This document shows, one piece after another, positions 24,078 through 34,006 of a DNA stretch of 55,461 nt. The stretch is from positions 1-55,461 of the IMG/VR virus record IMGVR_UViG_3300024265_000005; one strand, given 5' to 3'. Position 1 is the stretch's first letter, and each line of letters begins with the position of its first letter. The DNA comes from a virus. Its lineage: Duplodnaviria; Caudoviricetes. The position numbers and the translations under genes are program-made. A model generated the notes under the pieces. It did no database searches and was not told the origin of the DNA. It worked only from the letters and a program-made list of their open reading frames with translations.

Positions 24078-26118
24078 GGAATTCACTTGTGCTAAAGTAC
24101 TCGCGATCGACACGGAAACTACCGGAGTAGAAGTTTGGAATGGCGATCAGCCTTATGCTATAAATTTTTTCAATGAAGACGGAAATGCTTTATATTTCGA
24201 GTGGTTTGTTGACGAATGGACACGTACTGTTATTCCAGATCCATTTGAGCTTGAACTCTGCGCTGACATTCTAGGCAATAAAAAAATCAAAAAAGTTTTC
24301 TTCAATGCTAAATTTGATATTCGTATGATGCAAGAAGGGCACGGAGTCAAGACAGTATTCCCGATTGACGACGCTATGTTCATGTCGCACGTGTTCAATT
24401 CTGCTGAACAGCATGCATTGAAACCTCTTAGCGAAAAATACTTAGATTATTCTAGTGATGATCAACAACTGCTGAAAAAAGCAACGATCAAATGTCGGAG
24501 ACAAGCAAAAAAATTAGGCTGGCAAATTCACGAAGATGTAGAAGGTGATTATTGGCTCAACAGGAAGTTGAATCCTGAAAATAAATTATGCGAAATATAC
24601 AACATCAATGATTCAGAACGGACATTCCTTTTAGAAATGTTCTATCGAGAAGCTCTAGAAGAAATGGGTTTAATGCACGTTTATGAAAGGGAAATGGAAC
24701 TCTGGCCTGTAACATATGCAATGGAAAGTCGAGGAATTCGAACTGATCTCGATGTTGTTGAAATTGAAACAAAGAGACACCAAGAAGCAGCTGAATATTG
24801 GCAACATATTGTCGAACATGCGGCATGGCCTGATTTCGATATTAAATCTCCGCAGCAATGTGGAAAGCTTATTTACAGCAAACTAAAATTACCAGTAACA
24901 AGACGAACAAATCCTTCCAAGAAATTTCCTGATGGACAACCTCAAGTAAATATTGATGCTTTGTATCAGTATGTAGCTCATCCTGTGGTCAAAGCTTTAT
25001 TCAAATATCGAGCATCAGCTAAAGCTTTGAGCAACTTCTTTCTAAAATACGAATACTTTGCTCGTCACGACACAATATCTCCAGAAGAATATGTCATTCA
25101 TCCAGACTTCAATCAGGTCGGACCAGCAACAGGCAGATTTTCTTGTCGTCGTCCGAATTTTCAAAACACAGCAGATGCTTTAACTACAAGATCACCTGAA
25201 CCAATTCAAGCTAGAGAGCCTTTTGGCCCTCGCGAAGGATATGTCTGGTTTCATTTTGATTGGAAAGGTCAAGAGCCGAGAATTTTTGCAGAAGTATCTC
25301 AAGAAAAGATTTTACTTGATGCAATCGCAAAAGGACTTGACATACATACTTTTACCGCTAACAAGGCATGGGGCGGAAAAGATAATCCACGTGCTATTGA
25401 TGCTGCTTCGCATGCTCTGGAACTAGATGGTACTGGTGATGGCCAGAATGAAGATGTGCGCAAGCTTTGGAAAAAATATGAAATCAAAAAAGTTTCAGCT
25501 TTGGATGATGATGATAAAATTTTAATCGCAGCAGATTGGATGTCTGATTTCGCTTGGGACATTGAAAGAGCAGAAGCTAGTCTTCATAAAAAGACATGTC
25601 GAGCAAGAAGCAAAATGATTTTCTTTGCTAAGATTTTCGGAGGTGGAGCGAATGCAATCATGGATCTGCTGAAATGTTCCTATCTTGAAGCCATACAATT
25701 TCTTGATGATTATGCAAAGCTTTATCCTCGGATTGATGAATATATTACTGAATTATCAGATCAAGCAAGAATGGATGGTTATATCATTAACGCGTTCGGC
25801 CGAAGACTTGTAATTAATCGGAGCAAACCTTACATCAGTGTGAACTATATGGTTCAGGGAAGCGCAGCAGATATGATGAAAATTAGTCTGACTCGTGTTG
25901 CTAAATATCTGAAAGAACTGGAACTAGACATTCATTTGGTGATGACAGTTCATGATGAACTTGTTCCGGAGTTTTGGAAAAAACATGTATTCAAAAGTGT
26001 GCTTTTAGAAATCAAACGAATCATGGAAGATTTCGATGATGTTTTCCCGATAGGAATGATTGTTGATGTAGAGAAATGTGTTAAAAGATGGAATGAAAAA
26101 ACAAAGGTAATATTGTGA
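24064..26118 (+). CDS. polA: DNA polymerase, family A, with 3'-5' exonuclease
   Basis: DTETTG, FNAKFD, YNIND exo motifs; TGRFSC..PNFQN; DWKGQEPR motif A; RARSK motif B; NYMVQGSAAD; VHDE motif C. Start chosen at the in-frame ATG 24064. Confidence 0.95.
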   Translation: MINYREFTCAKVLAIDTETTGVEVWNGDQPYAINFFNEDGNALYFEWFVDEWTRTVIPDPFELELCADILGNKKIKKVFFNAKFDIRMMQEGHGVKTVFPIDDAMFMSHVFNSAEQHALKPLSEKYLDYSSDDQQLLKKATIKCRRQAKKLGWQIHEDVEGDYWLNRKLNPENKLCEIYNINDSERTFLLEMFYREALEEMGLMHVYEREMELWPVTYAMESRGIRTDLDVVEIETKRHQEAAEYWQHIVEHAAWPDFDIKSPQQCGKLIYSKLKLPVTRRTNPSKKFPDGQPQVNIDALYQYVAHPVVKALFKYRASAKALSNFFLKYEYFARHDTISPEEYVIHPDFNQVGPATGRFSCRRPNFQNTADALTTRSPEPIQAREPFGPREGYVWFHFDWKGQEPRIFAEVSQEKILLDAIAKGLDIHTFTANKAWGGKDNPRAIDAASHALELDGTGDGQNEDVRKLWKKYEIKKVSALDDDDKILIAADWMSDFAWDIERAEASLHKKTCRARSKMIFFAKIFGGGANAIMDLLKCSYLEAIQFLDDYAKLYPRIDEYITELSDQARMDGYIINAFGRRLVINRSKPYISVNYMVQGSAADMMKISLTRVAKYLKELELDIHLVMTVHDELVPEFWKKHVFKSVLLEIKRIMEDFDDVFPIGMIVDVEKCVKRWNEKTKVIL

Positions 26119-26630
26119 AATGCAAAGTTAAAAGTTGCTCAAGAAAAAGATGGGGTAAAAAAGAGTATTGTCGCACACATTATAGAAGGTGGAAAAATTA
26201 TGGCGATGCATATGCTGATATACTCATAAAAGATGGCAGCAAGTTGTCTTTGGCAAATCAAAGAAAAATTTTACAAGCCAAACCAGGATATCAATACTGT
26301 CAACAATGTGAAAAATACAAAAAGACTGAAGAATTTCCTGAAGCTAGACCTTGCATGTGCAAATACTGCGAAAGAAACATTGGATTGAAAAAAATATACG
26401 GTATTGACAATGAAGACTACAATAAACTTTTGAAAAAACAAAAAGGCAGATGTGCATTATGCGGAACAAAAAATCCTGGTCGCAGATACAATTTCTTTTG
26501 TATTGACCATGATCACAAAACAAGAAAAGTGCGAGGATTATTGTGTTGGATTTGCAATGCACATGTAATAGGCGGTATTGAAGCAAGAAAAATACCTGTT
26601 GACCGTATAGCGAAATATTTGCAAAGATGA
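26115..26630 (+). CDS. Endonuclease VII-like (HNH-type) nuclease
   Basis: YGI...Y..LL..Q.GRCALC, IDHDH...VRGLLCWICN motifs. Confidence 0.88.
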   Translation: MKCKVKSCSRKRWGKKEYCRTHYRRWKNYGDAYADILIKDGSKLSLANQRKILQAKPGYQYCQQCEKYKKTEEFPEARPCMCKYCERNIGLKKIYGIDNEDYNKLLKKQKGRCALCGTKNPGRRYNFFCIDHDHKTRKVRGLLCWICNAHVIGGIEARKIPVDRIAKYLQR

Positions 26631-26881
26631 AAAAAGTAAAGACCCATATTGTACCGGAAAACAATGCGTTATTCGGAGGAGTAAAAAAACAAAAAGCACA
26701 TAAAATTTCAATGCGAAAATTGGGAAAAATACATATTTTCTTGACAGAACCAACGAGATTATTATGTCACACCAAAGCATGTGGAAAATGTCGAGTTTCA
26801 TTGAAAAGTTTTAAAGAAATTCATCATCCAAAAATGTGGTGCAAAGGTTGTTTAAAGAAATATAGGAGAATGACATTATGA
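26627..26881 (+). CDS. Hypothetical Cys-rich basic protein
   Basis: 84 aa in an overlapping-gene chain. Confidence 0.55.
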   Translation: MKKVKTHIVPENNALFGGVKKQKAHKISMRKLGKIHIFLTEPTRLLCHTKACGKCRVSLKSFKEIHHPKMWCKGCLKKYRRMTL

Positions 26882-27153
26882 AATCAGATAAAGAAATAAT
26901 TGAACAAAGTGCAGCAATTTACGAAGCTTTACGACGAAGTGAAATTCAACCTTCAGCCAGTCAAACTTTGTTGTTCGAAGCTTCTTGTGCTCTTAAACGT
27001 TATGAAGACCAGTCACGAATGACTATTTCTAATAAGATAATTGGTGAATTGAAAGTACTATCAGGCATGCTTGTTGCATCACCGCAATTCAGTTCAGCCG
27101 GTAAAATCTTAATTGAAATCTTCAGAGAAGAAGGGATTGATCTTGTATCATGA
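26878..27153 (+). CDS. Hypothetical protein
   Basis: AGGAG RBS, overlapping chain. Confidence 0.6.
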   Translation: MKSDKEIIEQSAAIYEALRRSEIQPSASQTLLFEASCALKRYEDQSRMTISNKIIGELKVLSGMLVASPQFSSAGKILIEIFREEGIDLVS

Positions 27154-27608
27154 TTAAAATTGCGATTGTTTCAGAATTATTGTCTGATACAGAAGAGATC
27201 CATAAACTTCTAGCTAAGCATTACATAATTGAAAAGACAATTACTGGAAAAAGCGATACTTTTTTTACGCAAACAATTACAATAATAGATTCTCCGGGAC
27301 AAGCAATAGACTTGTTGTGTACTGCAACGGGAATTGATCCCAGAAAGAGATCTAAAAGAAGAGGCGCAATATGCGTTGCTTGTGCAGCATGTTATCTGCT
27401 TCGATATCGATTTCATTTGTCACATGAAATGATAGCTAAACGGTTGCATTATGTGAATCGTATAAGTTCGATCATACACTGCAAGCATATGCCTGAAATA
27501 GACGTCGATAGAAAAACTGTTCCTATTGAACTTGCAATAGAACGTGTATTTGAGAAAGCGAAAAAATATCCACCAACAGATAATAGAGGACAAGGACAAC
27601 GAAAATGA
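27150..27608 (+). CDS. Hypothetical protein with DnaA C-terminal-like HTH
   Basis: YLLR....LS...IA..L....R.SSII.H pattern. Confidence 0.5.
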   Translation: MIKIAIVSELLSDTEEIHKLLAKHYIIEKTITGKSDTFFTQTITIIDSPGQAIDLLCTATGIDPRKRSKRRGAICVACAACYLLRYRFHLSHEMIAKRLHYVNRISSIIHCKHMPEIDVDRKTVPIELAIERVFEKAKKYPPTDNRGQGQRK

Positions 27609-27949
27609 AATTCAAAGTGACAGATGCAACTAATTTTTTGAGAGTATTCTGTGTGCCTTCGATATTTCCATCAGGTTATTGTTTTGATGGAGGTCATGTA
27701 GTTCCTTTTGTAATGGTAGATTGGTTCAATGCTCTTGATCCAATGGCAGAATTACCAATTGAATTCAGAAACACTGATGAATGGTACTTGAAGCACATTG
27801 AAAAATTGAAAACATTTATAAAAGGAAAGAAGTATTTCAATCCAAAACTCACCTACATGATATTGACTGATTATGGAGACGTATTCTTGGTAAATCCAGA
27901 ATTAAGAGCAGAAAAATTGCAGAAACAAATGGATGAACTCAAACAGTAA
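27605..27949 (+). CDS. Hypothetical protein
   Basis: 114 aa, overlapping chain. Confidence 0.6.
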   Translation: MKFKVTDATNFLRVFCVPSIFPSGYCFDGGHVVPFVMVDWFNALDPMAELPIEFRNTDEWYLKHIEKLKTFIKGKKYFNPKLTYMILTDYGDVFLVNPELRAEKLQKQMDELKQ

Positions 27950-27961
27950 AAGGATTAGCAT

Positions 27962-30025
27962 ATGGACGTGTCAAGGAAGATAAAACCGTATCTCTGTTTT
28001 GGATTTAATCAGGCCAAAAAGTTAGGCGATGAATATGTTGGACGTTGTCCGCTTTGTGATAGGAAAGATCATTTTTATGTCAATGAAAAAACAGGACTTT
28101 TCAGCTGCAAGAGTTGTAGTGAAGAAGGCAACACTTATACTTTTTTGAAAACATATTCAAATCTTGTATACGAATCAACAACGACTGAAGAGTACCGAGA
28201 GTTGGCCAAACACCGTGGTCTTCCAGTCAAAGCTCTGCGTGATTGGCGGTTAGGCTGGAATGGTGAACATTGGCTCCTGCCTGTCCTTTCGGAAAAAAAG
28301 ACTTGTCGAGATATTCGACGATGGAATCCGAAAGACAAGAAGAATCCTATGAAATCAACTGCAGGGTGCAAGGCTCAACTCTATGGATGGTACAGGGCTT
28401 CACGGTTGGATGCAGGCTCGACGATATACATCTGTGAGGGCGAATGGGACGCGATCGCTCTATCATGGCTCTTGTGGCGAGCAGGAGTCGTTAACGTAGG
28501 CGTTGTAGCAGTGCCTGGCCAGAACACTTTCAAAGATGAATGGATTGACGATTTGAAACCTTATCACATTATTCTTTGTTATGATAACGATTCTCCTGGA
28601 GAGGCAGGAAGCGTTAAAGCCTTCCATAAACTCAAAGACAATCCTGAAGAGATCGAAGTACTCTCATGGCCAGCAAGATTCCCTAAAAGTTATGATGTTC
28701 GTGATTTCATCCGAGAACAAATCCAAGAAAAAATAGGCCCAAAGAAAATCCTCAAAAATTTGAGAGCATACGTTGTCGAACCTGAAGAACTCTCTAGGTA
28801 TCTCGATGAAGAAGATCAAGTTGAAAAGGAGGAAGACATTCTTGAAAATCCTCCAAGTTTCAATGAAACTTTAACTGTCTATAAAAAATGGGCAGACATG
28901 AGTCCTGATCTTGTCAACGCTCTAAAAATTATGTTCGCTGTTGTTCTCTCGACAAAAATGGCAGGCGATCCTCTCTGGATGTATATTGTAGGTCCGTCAG
29001 GATCAGGTAAAACTATGTTGCTGATATCGTTGAGGAGGAATCCTCAATCTGTTTTTGTTAGCAACGTTACTTCGAAATCAATAGTTTCAGGATTCAAGAC
29101 CAAGCCTGATCCAAGTTTACTTCCGAAGTGGAACAACAAAACCTGTGTATGGAAAGACTTTACTGAAATTCTTGAAAGCAGAGATAAAGACGAAATCTAT
29201 TCAACCTTGCGAGGAGCTTTTGATGGTCAGGTCCACCGGACTTTCGGCAATGCTGTTGAACGTATTTATGACAACCTGCATTTCTCAATGCTCGCAGGTG
29301 TTACTCCCGCAGTTCACGGTGATAAAAAAGCCATGTTAGGAGAACGATTTCTGAAGTTCGAGATCTTTAAAAACATCAATGAAGATACTACTACCCAGAT
29401 TGAAGCAGCAATGAGTGACAGTGGCAAGGAAGATTTAATGGCCAGAGAGTTGGAACTCGCAGCCAAGAATTTCTTAGCTCGCAAGATAGATTTGCCTCGC
29501 CTTCCTGAGTGGGTTAAGAAAAGAATTATTGCTCTCAGCCAGCTGACTTCGATGCTGACTACTGTTATTGACCGCGAGCAATTCGGTAATCGCGAAGTTT
29601 CGTATATGCCCTCTCCACAAATTGGTACACGAATTGCAAAACAGCTTGCCAAACTTGCGAGGTTTATAGCCTTAGTAATGGGGCATAAATCCGTTCAATA
29701 TGAGGACTATTTACTTGTTGAAGATACAGCTTTCAGCACATCCAGAAAGATGTATTTATTGATTTTATCGACCATCGCAAAAACTGGTGGTTCGGCCACA
29801 ATTAAGGAAATCCAGTTAAGGACACGATTAGGATGGTACACAATTTCCAGTCAAATCAATGATTTACACCTGTTGGGAATCATCGATCAAGCGTCGATTG
29901 AGCATACAAAATTAAAAGGGCGTCCTAGCATAAAATGGAAATTGACGAAAAAGATGGAGTCTTTATTCGCTTTCGTTAAACTTGGTGAAAAACTACTTAA
30001 AGCTAGAAGGAGAAAAGACTTATGA
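27962..30025 (+). CDS. Primase-helicase (Zn finger, TOPRIM, AAA+ helicase)
   Basis: CPLC..CKSC; ICEGEWDA, CYDND TOPRIM; GPSGSGKT Walker A. Confidence 0.9.
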   Translation: MDVSRKIKPYLCFGFNQAKKLGDEYVGRCPLCDRKDHFYVNEKTGLFSCKSCSEEGNTYTFLKTYSNLVYESTTTEEYRELAKHRGLPVKALRDWRLGWNGEHWLLPVLSEKKTCRDIRRWNPKDKKNPMKSTAGCKAQLYGWYRASRLDAGSTIYICEGEWDAIALSWLLWRAGVVNVGVVAVPGQNTFKDEWIDDLKPYHIILCYDNDSPGEAGSVKAFHKLKDNPEEIEVLSWPARFPKSYDVRDFIREQIQEKIGPKKILKNLRAYVVEPEELSRYLDEEDQVEKEEDILENPPSFNETLTVYKKWADMSPDLVNALKIMFAVVLSTKMAGDPLWMYIVGPSGSGKTMLLISLRRNPQSVFVSNVTSKSIVSGFKTKPDPSLLPKWNNKTCVWKDFTEILESRDKDEIYSTLRGAFDGQVHRTFGNAVERIYDNLHFSMLAGVTPAVHGDKKAMLGERFLKFEIFKNINEDTTTQIEAAMSDSGKEDLMARELELAAKNFLARKIDLPRLPEWVKKRIIALSQLTSMLTTVIDREQFGNREVSYMPSPQIGTRIAKQLAKLARFIALVMGHKSVQYEDYLLVEDTAFSTSRKMYLLILSTIAKTGGSATIKEIQLRTRLGWYTISSQINDLHLLGIIDQASIEHTKLKGRPSIKWKLTKKMESLFAFVKLGEKLLKARRRKDL

Positions 30026-30213
30026 ATTATATCGAAAAACATGGTAACTGTATAGGCATATGTATTGTCTTGTGGGTAACATGCAAGGTGGCCTTTTTTG
30101 AAGTTCCCATTTAAAAAAGATGAATTAAAATTAATTATCATTAAACGTGACCGTAATTTCTTTTTTTCTTGGAAGTTCAAAAAGCCTATTCCCTTAGGGG
30201 GTTTACTATATAA

Positions 30214-30612
30214 TTGATGGAGGCAAGCGACATGTTAGATAATTCTGTTTTTCAAAACATAAATTTTAAATCAATAGCGTTGTTAGCTGAAAAGCATTCT
30301 ATGGAAGATTTAATTGATTGGGAGAAACAAACAAGAGGAATAAAGAAATATTGTAAGTTGCACGCGAAAATAAAGAATGCGATATGGAGAAAAGAAGAAT
30401 GGATTTTTAGACAGATGTCTTTAGCAATCAAAGAAGGAATGATACCTTTACGCAACGGAAGTAAAATTCCTCTCCGACTCACATATCGATGCTTATACTG
30501 TGGTGAATGGTTTTCACAAGTAGGAGCAGAAAAACATTTTGGAAAAACCCGAATGGAATATCATAAAAAGAAATTAACAGGAAAAGATTCTGGAATAGAA
30601 ATAGAAATTTAA
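30214..30612 (+). CDS. Hypothetical protein with C-terminal Zn finger
   Basis: YRCLYCGEWF....AEKHFG. Confidence 0.65.
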   Translation: MMEASDMLDNSVFQNINFKSIALLAEKHSMEDLIDWEKQTRGIKKYCKLHAKIKNAIWRKEEWIFRQMSLAIKEGMIPLRNGSKIPLRLTYRCLYCGEWFSQVGAEKHFGKTRMEYHKKKLTGKDSGIEIEI

Positions 30613-30623
30613 AGGGATGTAGC

Positions 30624-30809
30624 ATGAAAAAGGAATTCGATGAAGGCATGTGTGCGTTTAATCGAGGGACGAATTATTGTACAAGTCCATATACTTCTTG
30701 TACGATTGAATTTGTTTGTTGGAAAATGGGATGGGAAGAAGCGTTGCGACATACACTTGCAATAAATGAGAATCCGATACAATTAGATTGTAAGGCATTA
30801 GACGAATGA
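30624..30809 (+). CDS. Hypothetical protein (Rmf/CrpP-like pattern)
   Basis: FDEG..AF..G.....PY......W..GW. Confidence 0.55.
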   Translation: MKKEFDEGMCAFNRGTNYCTSPYTSCTIEFVCWKMGWEEALRHTLAINENPIQLDCKALDE

Positions 30810-31003
30810 AATGTAAATTAAAGAAATACAAGTATATTTTCACAAGCACAAGTTTTTGTGGACAGAAAATATATTTTGAAAGTACAGGCAGACATAATGT
30901 TGATGCTGCTTACAAGACCGTGGTTCATGACTGGATGCACCGAACAGCATCGTTAGACATGACAAGGGCAGACGTGCAAATAGTCTTGAACTGGAGACGT
31001 TGA
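30806..31003 (+). CDS. Hypothetical protein
   Basis: 65 aa, ATGA overlap. Confidence 0.5.
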   Translation: MKCKLKKYKYIFTSTSFCGQKIYFESTGRHNVDAAYKTVVHDWMHRTASLDMTRADVQIVLNWRR

Positions 31004-31010
31004 GACATGC

Positions 31011-31319
31011 TTGCGGTGCAATGGGTTCAATTGGATGCGATATGAGCTACATCTGGACGCTGGGTGCTTTAAATTGGATGTAATCAAGGAGATTGAAAGG
31101 GCTCTTGTATCTCAGTCAATGGTTAGTCTATGGAGATTATGTAAAATTATGTCAAAGATAAGAAATAAAAAAACAAGGAAGTTTTTTGTAGGCTATGTGA
31201 AAACGAACAAACCGCTGTGGACATCAAAGTTCTCTGATGCTCTTAAATGTTCGAAAGCAGAAGCAAAACATTATCAAGTACGGTTGAAATGCCAATCTCA
31301 AAAGACTGAAATTTTATAG
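31011..31319 (+). CDS. Hypothetical protein (start uncertain)
   Basis: Open frame filling the gap; true start may be downstream. Confidence 0.4.
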   Translation: MRCNGFNWMRYELHLDAGCFKLDVIKEIERALVSQSMVSLWRLCKIMSKIRNKKTRKFFVGYVKTNKPLWTSKFSDALKCSKAEAKHYQVRLKCQSQKTEIL

Positions 31320-31330
31320 GAGACAGAACA

Positions 31331-31615
31331 ATGGTTGGATTTGGCGATGTGATGGAAGTGATAAGTCAAGTTATCATCAATCAACAGGACGAAGAAATAA
31401 AACTATATCAAGAACTTTACAAGACGATGAAAAAACATCGTTGGATACTCATAGAAGAAAAGTTACCGGAAAAAAACAAATGGGTGCGTTTGTCTGATGG
31501 TAAAATAGAAGTCAAAGGCAAAAGGATCAATGACAAGGAATGGTTCGGTCCAGAAATAACTGCTGCACTTGAAAAGAGGCTCACTCACTGGCAAGAAATA
31601 ATTTTGCCAATTTGA
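31331..31615 (+). CDS. DUF551-like protein
   Basis: WI..EEKLP ... THWQ motifs; AGGAG RBS. Confidence 0.7.
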   Translation: MVGFGDVMEVISQVIINQQDEEIKLYQELYKTMKKHRWILIEEKLPEKNKWVRLSDGKIEVKGKRINDKEWFGPEITAALEKRLTHWQEIILPI

Positions 31616-31714
31616 ATGTGAGGTTGAGATCTTTTTTCAAATTCCTGAAAAATTTTTAGTCCATGTAAATGCGGAGGTTAAGGGTTATATCTGCAAATAG
31701 CCCTATGATTTCTT

Positions 31715-31744
31715 TTGCAATTTGGCGTGGAAGTGGGTTAAAAT
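31715..31744 (+). promoter_or_regulatory. Putative promoter P4 upstream of the packaging/structural operon
   Basis: TTGCAA-18 bp-TAAAAT; shares TTTGCAATTTGG with P3. Confidence 0.55.
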
Positions 31745-31759
31745 GGAGCCATATATTGA

Positions 31760-32176
31760 ATGGACTCGACTATGAAAGCAAGGAAGATAACAACTAAGCC
31801 TGCAAAGACTGGTAACAAGCAGCGCAAGAAAAGTAAGCCTGTTGTATCTCCAGAAGATCGGCGGAAGAACGGACAGTTCGTCAAAGGCGTTTCAGGTAAT
31901 CCTGCTGGCCGAGCTAAAGGACCAGGCAGAATACAAGAATTAAAGGAAGCAATCAAACGAGTCGAAACGAAACTTAACAACAACTGGTTACAACACCAGA
32001 TAGAAAAAAGTTACGATGACACCGCACTTGCCATTGCACTCATGGGAAGGATATACCCAAGCCTCAAAGCAGTTGAAGTGGTTGGCGGATTAGCTGTCGG
32101 CAAGATGTCGGAAGAAGAGTCTAGCGAGATTCAAAACGTACTAAGGCAACGGTATGAAATTGATACTAAGTCTTGA
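31760..32176 (+). CDS. terS: Terminase small subunit
   Basis: GQFVKGVSGNPAGR motif; directly precedes the large terminase. Confidence 0.8.
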   Translation: MDSTMKARKITTKPAKTGNKQRKKSKPVVSPEDRRKNGQFVKGVSGNPAGRAKGPGRIQELKEAIKRVETKLNNNWLQHQIEKSYDDTALAIALMGRIYPSLKAVEVVGGLAVGKMSEEESSEIQNVLRQRYEIDTKS

Positions 32177-33461
32177 ACAAATACGAAAGGTTGGTAGAGC
32201 TATTGCTTTGCATCAGCCACTTAGCGCGGATCAGCGGCGCTTTGCTATGTCGTTGGCTTATGTCCGCTGGCTATTTGGAGGTAACCTGTCCGGCAAGACA
32301 TATCTCAATATGATGGACCTCGCCCAAATCGTTCTTGATGTGCATCCTTTCAGCAAAGTTTCTACCGGCATTCATTGGGTCGCCATTGAGACATGGGAAC
32401 AAGTGCGAGATATTCTGTGGGAAGAATATTTGAAGAAGATGATTCCTGCGTACCATATTGTTGACATTCGTTACGGTCAAGACAAAGTACCTCGTAAGGT
32501 GTCTTTGGATACTGGGCACCTCATCGAATTCAAAGCATTCAACCAAGGACGAACATTGTTTCAAGGTAGGCCGGGTATTCAATCTGCTCATTACGACGAA
32601 CAGTGCCTTCACGACTTCCAAGGTATACTTGACGAAACCCAAACAAGATTAATGAGGACGTCAGGCACGCTTAGTTGGAGTATGACACCAATTGTTCCTC
32701 AAACTCTGTTGGAAGAAAGGATAGAGGAACTACCTGCCACCGACGAAGTGTTTCATCTCAACTTGAACGACAACCGAAAGAGTCGAGGTGGATACATAAC
32801 TGACGAAAGAATTGACGAAAAGATTGCTGAATGGCCAGAAGAAGTGCAGGCAACCAGGATTGAAGGATTGTTCGCAAGTTATTACGGAGCAGTATATAGA
32901 AGTTTCAGCCGTAAGGTACATGTCATAAAGCCTTTCAAGATTCCATCCGACTGGACTTTATATCGCGGAATCGATTTCGGCTTTACGAATCCTTTCGTTT
33001 GTTTATGGGTGGCGAGAGATAAGGATGAGAATTGGTATGTGTATCGCGAATACTACCGCGCCAAAACAGGCATTCAGGAGCATATCGCTAATATGAAAGC
33101 GAGAAGTGTTGGCGAAAGATATGAAAGAACTTTTGCTGATCCTGAAAATGCTGAGGACCGGAACGAGTTGCGGACAGCTGGTATACCTACTTTCACTGCA
33201 AGGAAAGATGTAGCTCGTGGGATTGAACTTGTGCAAGGTAAGCTTAAAGTTAAGACGAATGGCAAGCCGAGTCTTTACATTGTCAACACTTGCCGCAATA
33301 CAGCGAGAGAGTTTGCTATGTACCGATATCCAAAAGGTTCTGTTTCAAGAGATCCAGCAGACATTCCTCTTGCGAAGGATGATCATTGTCTCGATCCTTT
33401 GCGGTATATTCTGTATACTGTTCTAAGACCAAGAAAGAAAGGAAGCGTGGTGGCGGCATAA
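32154..33461 (+). CDS. terL: Terminase large subunit
   Basis: GGNLSGKT Walker A, HYDE Walker B, MTP; GIDFGFTNPF and DDHCLDPLRY nuclease motifs. Confidence 0.95.
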   Translation: MKLILSLEQIRKVGRAIALHQPLSADQRRFAMSLAYVRWLFGGNLSGKTYLNMMDLAQIVLDVHPFSKVSTGIHWVAIETWEQVRDILWEEYLKKMIPAYHIVDIRYGQDKVPRKVSLDTGHLIEFKAFNQGRTLFQGRPGIQSAHYDEQCLHDFQGILDETQTRLMRTSGTLSWSMTPIVPQTLLEERIEELPATDEVFHLNLNDNRKSRGGYITDERIDEKIAEWPEEVQATRIEGLFASYYGAVYRSFSRKVHVIKPFKIPSDWTLYRGIDFGFTNPFVCLWVARDKDENWYVYREYYRAKTGIQEHIANMKARSVGERYERTFADPENAEDRNELRTAGIPTFTARKDVARGIELVQGKLKVKTNGKPSLYIVNTCRNTAREFAMYRYPKGSVSRDPADIPLAKDDHCLDPLRYILYTVLRPRKKGSVVAA

Positions 33462-33622
33462 TGGCAGCTACAAGTTATCCAAATAGTACATCTGAGTGGA
33501 CGTATTCTAAAGAGTCTTGGTGGCAGAAGTATTGGCTTTATATTTGCTTGCCTCTATCGATGGCAGCTATACTTCCTGTTGTATATTTGTTCGCTAAATG
33601 GCTTGCAGGAAACTCAGCATGA
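33461..33622 (+). CDS. Small membrane protein
   Basis: ATG overlaps terL stop; one hydrophobic helix. Confidence 0.55.
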   Translation: MAATSYPNSTSEWTYSKESWWQKYWLYICLPLSMAAILPVVYLFAKWLAGNSA

Positions 33623-33724
33623 AAAAGAAGCCTTTTAAAATTGTTTATGTGAAAGTGCTGAAGAAGATAGCTCGGCGAATAGCTGTGTTGGCTGCGCAGC
33701 TCAACAAGTAGGAGCTAGAAAGCT

Positions 33725-34006
33725 ATGACCCTAACAGAAGCTATAAGTATTTTAGACTTGAAGATAGTTTCAGCGGACGCTATCAAAGAGGCTTATCGAA
33801 AGAAAGCCAAACTGCTGCATCCAGACAAAGGTGGGGATGAATCAAAATTCAAGAGGCTGGTTGCTGCCTATGAGCTGCTAACCGGAAAAAACAAACCTCG
33901 GCGATCGGTAGTGCTGAGACCTGTTGTTGTGCGGCGGTATGTATGGGTTCAAACAGTAGGGTATAATACGACGACAACAGGATTTCAAGGAACTAAACTA
34001 TGTTGA
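33725..34006 (+). CDS. J-domain (DnaJ-like) protein
   Basis: IKEAYRKKAKLLHPDKGG...F..L..AYELL. Confidence 0.9.
   Translation: MTLTEAISILDLKIVSADAIKEAYRKKAKLLHPDKGGDESKFKRLVAAYELLTGKNKPRRSVVLRPVVVRRYVWVQTVGYNTTTTGFQGTKLC

Noticed and set aside
30026-30213. Replication origin downstream of the primase-helicase
   Set aside because: AT-rich with two ggtaac words only; no iteron array, so evidence is insufficient
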